A DNA stretch of 61,908 nucleotides, filler included, from Deltaproteobacteria bacterium (GCA_030698575.1; 11 parts of 11 records of this genome joined end to end with filler, not necessarily neighbours in it), one strand, 5' to 3'; counted from the whole stretch's first letter, positions 9,085-19,071 are shown. Notes: generated by a model not told the origin, from the sequence alone. Translations and numbers: made by a program.

Positions 9085-9796
9085 CGTCCTCGCCGCCGGA
9101 GTCGTTCTGAATCTGAGGCGGGCCAGCTACGTGACCCTCGCCATGAGCCTGGGCCTCATCCCCTTCCTGCTGCACGGCCGGCGGCGAGCAGCGATCAGAC
9201 TCGCGATCCCCGCGCTGCTACTTTGCCTGATATACGGAGCCGTCTTCTGGGACCGACCAGGCAGTCCGCTGGGTTTTCCAGTCCAGAAGTTTCGTTCGGT
9301 CTTCGCACCCCAGGCGGGAACAACCGATTACAGTTCCAACCTCTACCGTGTTGCAGAGAACATCAACCTGCAAACTACGATCTTGGATCACCCCGCGGGG
9401 CTGGGATTCGGCCACAAGTTCGAGCTTCACGTTCCTCTGGCCGACATCAGCGCACTCTTCGAGGACTGGCAATATCACCCTCACAACACGTTGCTGGGAA
9501 TCTGGGCCTACATGGGAACCATCGGAGCGCTGCTCTTCCTTATCTACCTGGGTAGCTTGCTGATCTTCGCCGCGCAGGAGCTGCGCTGGCAGGGCGACCC
9601 CTATCTGAAGGCGGTCAGCTACTTCATCCTGACCGCTCTGATTGCAAGCCTCTTCATAGCGACCGTCGATCACTATCTCGCCACTCAGCGCGGCGGACTC
9701 TTCCTGGGGACGCTCGCGGGCATGCTTACCGTTCTCTTCCGCCTGCGGACGGGAGGACCGGATACGGGCCGCGACCGCGCCATGGCTGGGGGGTGA
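9085..9796 (+). CDS. O-antigen ligase/polymerase (Wzy_C-like), 5'-truncated
   Basis: Multi-TM; HPAGLGFG and YHPHNTLLGIW motifs. Confidence 0.8.
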
Positions 9797-9800
9797 TCAC

Positions 9801-11366
9801 ATGGGCCTGAAGACAGGCGAGAGGCGGGAACCCGCCGCCCCCCGGGCAAGCACCGCGACCGACGGAGGAACCGGCGCTCTATCGCCCGCCGAGGGCGTCG
9901 GCCGGCGCGTCGTCGCCCAGAACGCCCTGTTTCTCGTTCTCTCGCAGATCGTCACGGCGATCCTCTCCTTCGCCGTGACGGCCCTTCTGGCGCGACATCT
10001 GGGAGCGCAGAATTACGGCGTCTTCTACGTCGCATTTTCTTTCGTCCAGTCCGTCTTCATTCTCGTGGAGCTCGGCCAGGATTTCTACGTCGTGCGCGCG
10101 GTCTCGCGCGACCGGGATCGTGCCGGAGAATATTTCGGTACGGGACTTGCCCTTCGCGCCGCGGCCACCGCAGCTGTCTACATTCCCGTGATGGGCGCCG
10201 CCCATGTTCTCGGCTATGAGGAGGCGACGCGATCGGCAATCGCCTTGATGGTCCTCTTTCATTTCACCAGCTCTCTCGGGAATGGCTTCAGCGTCATCTA
10301 CCGGGGCGCGGAGCGAATGGAGTTCGAGGCGGTTTCCCGCGTCGCTTTCCGGACCGTCGTGGCGGCGGCAACCGTTATTGCCATTCTCCTGGACGGCGGC
10401 ATCCTGACGGTGATCGAGGCGCAAGTTCTCGGCGCCGCGGCGGCCCTCCCCCTTCTGGCGCTCATTCTCCGGCGCCTGGGTGTTCCGCGCCCCACCGTTA
10501 ATCTGCGAACCGCCCGCGAAATCCTGCGCGGGGGCGTTCCCTTTCTCTTTTACGGAATCGTGACGACGGCCCACGCAGCAATCGACGCAATCATGCTGTC
10601 AAAGCTTGCGCCCGCGGAAGTCGTGGGCTGGTACGGTGCGGCGATCCGGTTCGTCGGCATTCTTATCTTTCCAGCGACCATACTCGCGGCTGCGCTCTTC
10701 CCGACCCTCTCGCGGCTCTTCATCAGCCGTCCGGAAGGGTACCGTCTCATGACTGCCACGGGCCTGAGAGCCATGCTGCTGCTCGGAATGCCCATCGCGG
10801 CAGGGACCTGGTTATTCGCGGAGCAGGCCGTGTCCCTGGCGTACGGACTCGAGGATTTTTCGAACGCCGTGACCATCCTGAAGGTCCTGAGCCCCTACTT
10901 CATCCTCGTATTCATCAACATCATCCTCGGAACGGCCATCATGGCGGCGAACCGCCAGTCCGCCTGGGCTTCCTCGAAGGGGCTCTGTGTCCTTCTGGTC
11001 ATCGGTCTGAACGCTGCATTGATCCCCCTCTGCCAGACACGTTTCGGAAACGGCGGGATCGGAAGCGCGTCGGCGATGCTCTTCACGGAAGTTGTCATGC
11101 TGGTGGCGGCTTTCCTGCTCATTCCCCGGGCAACTCTCGTGCCGGCGCTCTGGCGAGACCTGGGGCGTATCCTGGCCGCGGTGGCGGGGATGATTGGCGT
11201 GGCCTGGTTGCTTCGGGGTGTCTCGTCCGCGATCACCATTCCGGCGTCGGGTGCGGCCTACGTCGCCCTCATCTTCTTGCTGGGAGGGATCGACAGGGAA
11301 GATGTGGCTCTTCTGCGCGATGTGGCGCGTATCGGCTCGCGCGGCGCAATTGCGGGGGGGCGGTGA
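9801..11366 (+). CDS. Polysaccharide flippase (Wzx-like, MOP superfamily)
   Basis: Highly hydrophobic; LARHLGAQNYG, IDAIMLSKL...VGWYGAA. Confidence 0.9.
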   Translation: MGLKTGERREPAAPRASTATDGGTGALSPAEGVGRRVVAQNALFLVLSQIVTAILSFAVTALLARHLGAQNYGVFYVAFSFVQSVFILVELGQDFYVVRAVSRDRDRAGEYFGTGLALRAAATAAVYIPVMGAAHVLGYEEATRSAIALMVLFHFTSSLGNGFSVIYRGAERMEFEAVSRVAFRTVVAAATVIAILLDGGILTVIEAQVLGAAAALPLLALILRRLGVPRPTVNLRTAREILRGGVPFLFYGIVTTAHAAIDAIMLSKLAPAEVVGWYGAAIRFVGILIFPATILAAALFPTLSRLFISRPEGYRLMTATGLRAMLLLGMPIAAGTWLFAEQAVSLAYGLEDFSNAVTILKVLSPYFILVFINIILGTAIMAANRQSAWASSKGLCVLLVIGLNAALIPLCQTRFGNGGIGSASAMLFTEVVMLVAAFLLIPRATLVPALWRDLGRILAAVAGMIGVAWLLRGVSSAITIPASGAAYVALIFLLGGIDREDVALLRDVARIGSRGAIAGGR

Positions 11367-12380
11367 TGAATCCTGGAAAGGCAGGCCAGCGGATGACCCG
11401 CTCGCTGAGCTTCGCCTACACTTTCCCTTTTCCGGCGCACGGCGGCTACGATCTGCGGGTGGTAAACCTGGCCCGGCACATGGTCGGAAAGATCGATCAG
11501 CGGCTGCTCTGCCGGACACTGTCACCGACGAGCCCTGACGCGATCGAGGCTTCCCGCAAGGTCTTCACGGAGATCCACGCGCTTCCCTTGCCCCGCCCGA
11601 ACCTGCTCCGGAAGTTCGGGAAAGGGATTGCCTTCCTTCCCGGGCCCTATCCCCTGGCGGCGGCTGGCTTCTACTTCCGCCCCGTGGCTCGGCGGCTCGA
11701 AGAACTTCTTTCCGGCGGAAGTCTCGACCTTGTAATTATGGAGGGGAGCTGGCTGTGCGCGTACTGGCCGCTCATAGCCCGGTGCGGCGCGCGCAAGGTG
11801 CTCGATCTGCACAACCTCGAGAGCGAGACGGCCGCCCGGCAGGTGAGGGCTCCGGAATCCATGCTCGAGGGGCTGGTGCGGCGGCTCGATACGGGAAGAA
11901 TGGCCCGCGCCGAGCGCCGTATGATCCGGGAGGCCGATCTGGTACTGGTTCCATCAGAGCGAGAACGGCGCGCGCTGAAGGATGATGACGCGCAGTTGAA
12001 CGTCGTGGTGGTCCCGAACGGCGTCGACTGCCGCGCTCTTCGCCCACTCCCCCCCACGAATGGCCGGGAGATCCTGTTTGTGGGCGCCTTCACCTATTCC
12101 CCGAACGTCGATGCGGTCATCCACTTTGTCGACAACGTCTTCCCCTTGCTTCGCCGGCAGCTTCCCGACGTGACCTTTCGGCTGGTTGGCAGGTCTCCGG
12201 ATCCCGACGTGGCGCGACTCGGCGAGCGAGATGGAGTCGAAGTTACCGGAGAAGTGGAGGACGTCGAGCCCTTCTACCGGCGGTCGGCCATCTGCGTCGC
12301 ACCGCTCCGGGCGGGTGGCGGGACGCGGCTCAAAATTCTCGAAGCGATGGCCTTCGGCCGGCCGGTCGTATCCACGCAGC
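11363..12380 (+). CDS. Glycosyltransferase family 4 (3'-truncated)
   Basis: VVPNGVD, FVGAFTYSPNVDA, GGGTRLKILEAMAFGRPVVST. Confidence 0.9.
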
Positions 12381-12480
12381 NNNNNNNNNNNNNNNNNNNN
12401 NNNNNNNNNNNNNNNNNNNNNNNNTTAATTAATTAANNNNNNNNNNNNNNNNNNNNNNNNNNNNNNNNNNNNNNNNNNNN

Positions 12481-13262
12481 GTCGTGCCGTTGGAAACATT
12501 CATGGCGCCGCCGGCGGTAATGGCGCCACCGGAAATACTGAAACTCGAATTGTCAGAATTCCGCTGGCCGACGATGATCTGGTTGCTGATCGTGGCGGTG
12601 CCGTTCGTCTGATTATAGGCCGCCTTGGCCCCATAGTTGCCGATGATAAGATGTGCTTGGTTAACCGATAGTTCCGAGGTGGCGCCATCCATATTGACGT
12701 AGCCTTGAACCCCGTTACTGCTCCCGGTCCGCTCGGCAAGTGTGAGATTGCCGTCTAGAAGGATTAATTTGCCGCCATTGGTGATATTGACCGTGCCGGT
12801 TCGATTGACGTTGTTTCCATAGCCGACCACCACGAGCCGGTTCGCTGTGACCGTCGCATTGTCGATGTTGAGCGTGCCGTTTGGCGCGGTGCCGTTGGCG
12901 GCGCCGACCCACATCGCCGCGTTCCCGACGCCGGACGCCCCGGCGGTAAGCGTGAGTTGGGCGCCGTTGTTGATCGTGACCGTACCCGTTCCATTCAGTG
13001 TCGACAGCGTCGCCTGGTTGTGACCAACACGGAGCTTTCCGAAGTCGGCGGTCCCGTCAAACGTTGCCGTCCCGCCGGCGCCAAAATTAATGACGTCGCC
13101 GGGCAGCGGAGACGAGAGCGCAGCCGTGCCGTCCGTGTTGGTGTAGTTGGCGTCGGTCAGGATGCGCGTTCCGCCCTGCCAGAAAAGGTCTGCCGCCTGA
13201 AGCTGAGAGGTGGCCGACAACACTAGAGCCGCGGCCCAAAGCAATGATGTACGTCGATTCAT
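12481..13262 (-). CDS. Secreted Gly/Asn/Thr-rich beta-repeat surface protein (3'-truncated)
   Basis: Signal peptide MNRRTSLLWAAALVLSATSQLQA; repeated GTVTI/GTLNI/GTVNI strands. Confidence 0.75.
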
Positions 13263-13453
13263 ATCTCTTTACTCCCGTTTACAAACAATGGTGATTCTTC
13301 AACCCGCTTTGCGTTTCGACAGCCAACACGGCTTATAATCGCGATTACAACCAGTAGTTCCACGAGCGTAAAACCGTGTAGGGGCCTGGAGAAGTTGGTA
13401 CGCTTCTCCGTAGTTGTTTTTACCTTTTGGCCCCGTACACGGAGAGTTTTTCC

Positions 13454-14539
13454 ATGTCGAGCGCGTTTCAATCGTTTGTGGGAGTTGACTTGCACAAGTG
13501 CACCGTGACGCTGACCGCCGTCGATGCGGCGGGAGAGATCACCCGGCTTAAGATCAGCACGAAGAGCACGGGCAAGATCGAGGCTTGGCTGCAGGCGCTT
13601 CCTGGCCCGGTGCACTTGGCCGTGGAAGCCTGCCCGTTCGTGGAATGGTTCATCGATCGTTTTCGCGACTGCGTCGCGCGGATCGACATCGCCGACGCCA
13701 CGGAACTGGCAAGCCGTCGCGGTAAGCGGCGCAAGACCGACTGGAACGATTCGCTGGACATCGCCGCGCGACTGGCGCGCGGCGAGTGCCCGCTGGGATT
13801 CATCGCCGACGAGGAGCTGATGCAGCTCCGTAAGCGGGGCCGGCACTGGCGTCACTTGAGTCGATTGTTGTCCCGCAGCAAGCATGCCATGAAGAGCATG
13901 CTCAACGCGGCCAACATTCGCGGCCCCAAGTTCGACGGCGCCGCGGCCCAGCGCTGGCTGCTCGCGAACCGGGACCTCTTGAAGCCGGTCCAGCAACAGG
14001 CCTTCGCCGACTTCATCGACGTCGTCATGCTCACCGAGCGTCATCGAGAGCGGCTGCGGCGCGAGATCAACTTCGCCACGCGGAGCGAGCGGTTCACGCC
14101 GATCATCTCGCTGCTGGTGAGCGTGCCCGGCATTGGAGAGATCTGGGCGGCGATCATCGCCGCCGAGATCGGACCCTTCGATCGCTTTCCCAACGCCGAC
14201 ACCCTCGAGTTCTGGGCGGGCCTTACCGCCGACATGAAGGAGTCGGCCGGACGCACTCAAAGCGGCAACATCACCAAGGCCGGTTCGGTCACGTTGCGGT
14301 GGGCCTTGTGCCAGGCGGCCGTCACGCTCTGCCAGTGCGATGCCCGACAGGAAGCGATTCGCCAGCGACTGGTAAAGAGGCTTGGTAAACCCAAGGCCAA
14401 CGTCGCCATGGGCCGCCGGCTGCTGCGCGTGTTGTACGCCATGATGCGAGACGGAAAAACCTTCGAGCGAGGACCGGCCAGAGACCGGACCGCGGCCGCT
14501 AACCGGGTACGCCTCGGAAGAAAGAAGCAAGTGGCTTAA
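13454..14539 (+). CDS. IS110 family transposase/recombinase
   Basis: FVGVDLHK, AVEAC, KTDWNDS (DEDD domain); SVPGIG...AEIG..RF...WAGL..ESAG...ITKAGSVTLRWAL (Tnp_20 domain); GGAGAG RBS. Confidence 0.96.
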   Translation: MSSAFQSFVGVDLHKCTVTLTAVDAAGEITRLKISTKSTGKIEAWLQALPGPVHLAVEACPFVEWFIDRFRDCVARIDIADATELASRRGKRRKTDWNDSLDIAARLARGECPLGFIADEELMQLRKRGRHWRHLSRLLSRSKHAMKSMLNAANIRGPKFDGAAAQRWLLANRDLLKPVQQQAFADFIDVVMLTERHRERLRREINFATRSERFTPIISLLVSVPGIGEIWAAIIAAEIGPFDRFPNADTLEFWAGLTADMKESAGRTQSGNITKAGSVTLRWALCQAAVTLCQCDARQEAIRQRLVKRLGKPKANVAMGRRLLRVLYAMMRDGKTFERGPARDRTAAANRVRLGRKKQVA

Positions 14540-14599
14540 CCCCGGAGACAAAGAATCATTGACGCAGTGCGGAATCTTTGTGGCGTCTCGCTGCGGCGA

Positions 14600-14830
14600 C
14601 GGCGCCCCAGCGGATTGGTGACCGCGACCGGCCTTCATTCGGCCCAAGCGGCTCTCGTTCTCTCCCAGAGAAAAGAGCATCCCTTGGTGACCGCGACAGC
14701 GTGAATTCGGCCCGACCGCTGCGAACATGGTTTTATTCAGCCCGGTGAACACGTGTCGGCATGATGACCGCCACGTCCGGTGACTGCGTAGAGATGAATT
14801 CAACCGCCGCGCCGCTTCGCCCAAGCGACG
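14600..14830 (+). ncRNA. Putative bridge/seek-type guide RNA of the IS (boundaries approximate)
   Basis: Repeated scaffold TTGGTGACCGCGAC...TTCGGCCC frames target-matching segments; two further segments match the donor junction. Confidence 0.75.
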
Positions 14831-15249
14831 CAGGACGGACAACGCGATTCCGCCAACACAACTCAGGGCAACCGTCATCCTGCGGAGAGACCACAATGCC
14901 GGAACCATGAGGGAAAGAAAATTGTTCAGCAGCCGTTGACCTACGGCCCCTACAGAGATGAACCCGCCCTGCGAGCGACTACGAAAAGAGGCGAACATTT
15001 TCACGAACCTCCGCCTGGCTCTACCGCTGGCTTTTTAGCTGTTAAAGCACTTGAACAGATACTAGCTGAATTTGTCAGTTAATGCCAGTGGGGAGCCGGA
15101 AAAACGCGGCAAGGCACGACACATGCCAATTATAAGGCGCCGCGTAAAAAACAGGCAAACACCTGTTGGCCCATCAGGCCAATGTCATTCTGAGCAAAAC
15201 GACGAATCCGGCTTGCCCCAGTATAGATCCTTCGGTCGCTTAGGCTGCT

Positions 15250-16240
15250 TCAGGATGATTGAGACCCGTGATTACGATTCGTAGCTACGGCCAAGGTGCC
15301 GAGCAGTGCCGAAATCAACAGCACCACACCAGCCGGTTCGGGCACGGCTGCGCCGGCTACGCTGCCGCTTCCGAAAGCGTTACCGAACCGAGCCCGCCAC
15401 GCCGTGTAATCGGCTTCATTCACTGTGCCTGGTGTATCGACTTCATTCGAAAGCGGGCCGCCTTTGCGCCAGAGGACGTAATCCGCCGCGTCCACGACGC
15501 CATTGCCATTGTAGTCGCCTGGGACGCCAGTTACTTCGTCGAACCGTATCGAATCGACGTTGATCACCAGGTCGTTCGTGTGAGCGAACAGATTGACGCC
15601 GAATTGCTGCACGTTGAGACGGTTCGTTACAGCCGACAATGGAAAGACGAGATCGTAATACAATCCATCAATCGGTAGATTTATCTCGCCATCCAATCCA
15701 ACGCCACCTCCGGACGTCGTCTGAAACGCAGCTTCGGGCGTGTTGTACTCTCCGGTCTGGAACCAAGCTTGTACCCCGAGAGACCCGACGGCATTAAGCG
15801 CGTCAGTGGCCGACATGCGGAAGGTAACTTTGCCGTAGTTGGAAAAGTCACTCAGCCGGTTGTTAAACGTATTGCCATCCCAAGGCTGTCCATTGCCCCA
15901 ACTGATGGCGGCCCCACTGGGGCTGGCTTCAGTACCGGCACCGCCTTTGTCGGTCCATTGAAGCGAACCGACACTGCCAACGGTAACTTGCGACAATCCC
16001 GTTTGGTTTTGGCCGCCGTCGTTGCCAACAATCGCAGCTTGCTCGAAGTTCGCGACGGCCCCGTTTAGACCGTTTTCCGGCGAGCCAGCGTCGTGTGACG
16101 CCAGAAGGCGCGAGGGCATGGAGGGTCCAATTTTACGAACATCGAGAATATTCCATGTCAAGTTGCCTAAAGCCGCGTGATCGCGAACACTCAGTCCAAC
16201 AGTCCGGATGTAGGCTTGTTGCGCTGGCGTAAGAAGATTT
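15250..16240 (-). CDS. PEP-CTERM sorting domain protein (5'-truncated)
   Basis: C-terminal VPEPAGVVLLISALLG; dockerin-like PGDYNGNGVVDAADYVLWRK typical of Pirellulales-type planctomycetes. Confidence 0.88.
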
Positions 16241-16340
16241 NNNNNNNNNNNNNNNNNNNNNNNNNNNNNNNNNNNNNNNNNNNNTTAATTAATTAANNNN
16301 NNNNNNNNNNNNNNNNNNNNNNNNNNNNNNNNNNNNNNNN

Positions 16341-16901
16341 TCCGGGGGCGGGCTCGAACTGTCTGACGAAGATGTGCAGGAACTCTCCGACTCCATCGAC
16401 ATTCCCGAAGGTCTTCTGGAGAGGTTGGGAACAGATACGCAGCGCAACCTGAAAATCATCGCTGCCGTTGAAGACCTAATAGGCCGGCACCGCAGGATCA
16501 TCGTGTTTGCCCCGTCCGTTGAGAATGCGCGTTTGCTCGCGGCAATCCTGACGGCTCGCGAATACGACGCAGATGTCGTCACAGGGCAGACTAATTCTTC
16601 GGAGAGAGAAAGAATCATTAGGCGTTTCAGAAGCAATGCGAATCGCTCTATGGTTTTAATCAATTACGGTGTGCTGACGACCGGTTTTGACGCCCCTGCG
16701 ACAAGCGCTGCGGTCATTGCCCGCCCCACAAAGTCCCTAGTCCTGTACAGCCAGATGGTTGGGCGAGCGACCCGGGGGCCGCGAGCAGGCGGCAATGCGG
16801 AAGCCGAAATCGTGACCGTTGCCGATCCCCATTTGCCGGGGTTCGGCAGCATCGCTGACGCATTCAAAAATTGGGAGGACGTTTGGCATGAACCAGGCTG
16901 A
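16341..16901 (+). CDS. SF2 DEAD/DEAH-box helicase, C-terminal part
   Basis: IIVFAPSV, VLTTGFDAP (motif V), YSQMVGRATRG (motif VI). Confidence 0.9.
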   Translation, partial: SGGGLELSDEDVQELSDSIDIPEGLLERLGTDTQRNLKIIAAVEDLIGRHRRIIVFAPSVENARLLAAILTAREYDADVVTGQTNSSERERIIRRFRSNANRSMVLINYGVLTTGFDAPATSAAVIARPTKSLVLYSQMVGRATRGPRAGGNAEAEIVTVADPHLPGFGSIADAFKNWEDVWHEPG

Positions 16902-18708
16902 CGCGCCACAGAGGCTAGAGGGTGAAATCATACCGCCGGAACTTGCTGTCCGCGCGATGCGCGACAGCGGGTATCGCAACACGGCCTATGCGCTCGCGGA
17001 GCTGATCGACAACTCGGTCCAAGCAAAAGCGCGCAGCGTCGATGTCATCTGTATACAGGGATACGAGCTGGTCAATCAGCGGGAACGGCGCCGTATGAGC
17101 GCCATTGGCGTTCTCGACAATGGCGAGGGCATGACCCCGGAGGTTCTGCGGCTCGCGTTGCAGTTTGGTAATGGCACCCATTTGACCGACCGCCGTGGCA
17201 TTGGCCGGTTCGGCATGGGTCTGCCGAACTCGTCTATCTCCCAGTGCCGCCGCGTCGAGGTCTGGACGTGGCAAAACGGGCCGGACAATGCGCTCTACAC
17301 CTATCTCGACGTGGATGAAATTGAAGGCCGTAGGCTCTACGCCGTGCCGTTCCCGGTCGCGCAGCCCCTTCCCGAAGAGTGGAGAGCGCGCTCCGATATC
17401 GTCGATACCACCGGTACGCTTGTCGTCTGGACAAAATTCGATGAACACAGGCTCACATGGCGCGGAGCGCCGGCCACACTGCGGCACACCGAGACGCTCG
17501 TCGGCCGCATGTACCGCAAGTTCATAGACGATGGCCGGCTAGCGATACGGCTTGTGGCGCTTGAGGATGACGAGCCGACATTCGATCAGTATGTGCGCGT
17601 CAATGATCCGCTCTACCTGATGAAAAACTCCTCTACGCCCGCCCCGTTCGACAAGGAACCTATGTTCCAGCGCTGGGGTGACGACGACGAGGTCTTTACC
17701 ATCGAGTATGGCGGCGCAAAACACGATGTCATCGTGCGCATGAGCTGGGCGCGCCCGGAAACCGTCCCGGATGACCGAAGCGATCGCGGCGCCAAACCCT
17801 ATGGCAAGCACGCCGCAAAGAATCTTGGCGTTTCAGTCGTCAGAGCAGGGCGTGAACTCGACCTCGATAGCGGCTGGACCAACAGCTACGATCCGACCGA
17901 ACGTTGGTGGGGTGTTGAAGTTGAGTTTCCGCCGGCACTTGATGAGGTGTTTGGAGTCACCAACAACAAGCAAAGCACAACCATTTTTTCTCACATGGCC
18001 CAGTTTGACTGGCGTGCCGAGGCGAACCCCGGCGAGTCGATGTCCGAGTTTCGTGAGCGCGTTCAAGGCGAAGGAGATCCGCGCGCCCTGCTCTTGCCGA
18101 TCGTGGATCACATCCGCCAGCAGATCCAGGAAGTGCGAGGTCGGCTCAAGAAACAAACAGCCGGTCGCCGCACTAAAACCGATCGCCACGACAAGCCGAC
18201 GGTCGAAGACCTCGCCACCACGAAGTTCCGCGAGAGGGCCGAGCAAGGCCATGAAACGGAGTACGATAAGGAACAATTCAGAGAAGAAGACCGACAGAAA
18301 CTCGAAGAGGACCTACAAGAGGACAAGCACTATTCGGAAGACGTCGCCCGTGAAATCGCGGACGCAACGCTGACCCGCAAGCGCAAGGTGGTTTTTCTGA
18401 CGAAGGCGATGGAAGGCTATGCCTTCTTCAACGTTGAGCATAAGCAAGGGGGGCTGACCGCAATCGTCTTCAACACCAATCATCCCTTCTACGAGCAACT
18501 CATAGAGTCACTCCAGCCCGAGATCGGCGAGGAAACCGATAGCGAGCTTATCGACCGTGTCCATAAGGCGGCCGATACCCTTGAGCTGCTATTCGCCGCC
18601 TGGGCCCGTTACGAAATGGAAGAGGTCCGACAGCAGAACAGGCTTTTCGAGACACGCCAGGAATGGGGGAAGATGGCGCGGTTTTTCCTGACAGAAGACG
18701 ACGAATGA
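16888..18708 (+). CDS. GHKL (MORC/HATPase_c_3-like) ATPase
   Basis: ALAELIDNSVQA, DNGEGM, IGRFGMGL, TGTLV Bergerat-fold boxes; GGAGG RBS before ATG 16888. Confidence 0.88.
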   Translation: MNQADAPQRLEGEIIPPELAVRAMRDSGYRNTAYALAELIDNSVQAKARSVDVICIQGYELVNQRERRRMSAIGVLDNGEGMTPEVLRLALQFGNGTHLTDRRGIGRFGMGLPNSSISQCRRVEVWTWQNGPDNALYTYLDVDEIEGRRLYAVPFPVAQPLPEEWRARSDIVDTTGTLVVWTKFDEHRLTWRGAPATLRHTETLVGRMYRKFIDDGRLAIRLVALEDDEPTFDQYVRVNDPLYLMKNSSTPAPFDKEPMFQRWGDDDEVFTIEYGGAKHDVIVRMSWARPETVPDDRSDRGAKPYGKHAAKNLGVSVVRAGRELDLDSGWTNSYDPTERWWGVEVEFPPALDEVFGVTNNKQSTTIFSHMAQFDWRAEANPGESMSEFRERVQGEGDPRALLLPIVDHIRQQIQEVRGRLKKQTAGRRTKTDRHDKPTVEDLATTKFRERAEQGHETEYDKEQFREEDRQKLEEDLQEDKHYSEDVAREIADATLTRKRKVVFLTKAMEGYAFFNVEHKQGGLTAIVFNTNHPFYEQLIESLQPEIGEETDSELIDRVHKAADTLELLFAAWARYEMEEVRQQNRLFETRQEWGKMARFFLTEDDE

Positions 18709-18709
18709 A

Positions 18710-19071
18710 ATGTCCGTCGTGCTGCCGAGCGATGCTGTTTTGGATATCATGCGTACCGCATCAGGGGGCGTCCTCATCGCGGCGCCCTACATCAAATCCC
18801 ACGCACTCCGAAGATTGATCGCCGCACTCCCCGACGCCGCGTCCGGGCTGACCTGCATTACCCGCTGGCTTCCGGATGATATTGCGGCAGGCGTCTGCGA
18901 TATTGAGATTCTTGAGAACGTCACGGGCCGCCCCGGCGGCAAACTGCTCGTTCATCCTCATCTACATGCCAAGTATTACCGTTCCGGGGACCGTTGCCTT
19001 GTCGGGTCCGCCAATCTCACCGGGCGCGGACTCGGGTGGGTGACGCCGGCCAATGTCGAACTACTCGTAGA
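18710..19071 (+). CDS. Phospholipase D-family nuclease (3'-truncated)
   Basis: IAAPYI, HLHAKYY...VGSANLT...NVEL. Confidence 0.85.

Larger units (their letters stand above)
13370..14959 (+). mobile_element. Complete IS110-family element, IS1111-like (1590 bp)
   Basis: Perfect 10-bp sub-terminal inverted repeats TGTAGGGGCC (13377-13386) and GGCCCCTACA (14945-14954); no TSD; ~420-bp non-coding region downstream of tnp; excision restores the target codons. Confidence 0.92.
13259..15004 (-). pseudogene. Prepilin-type N-terminal methylation-motif gene stub interrupted by an IS
   Basis: GGAGG RBS and GTG at 15004. Removing 13370-14959 gives MKMFASFRSRSQGGFTLVELLVVIAIISRV... (51 aa). Confidence 0.8.

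Noticed and set aside
14615-14713. Mini-CRISPR or attC-like repeats downstream of the IS110 transposase
   Set aside because: Only two short copies inside the IS ends; better explained as guide-RNA scaffold.
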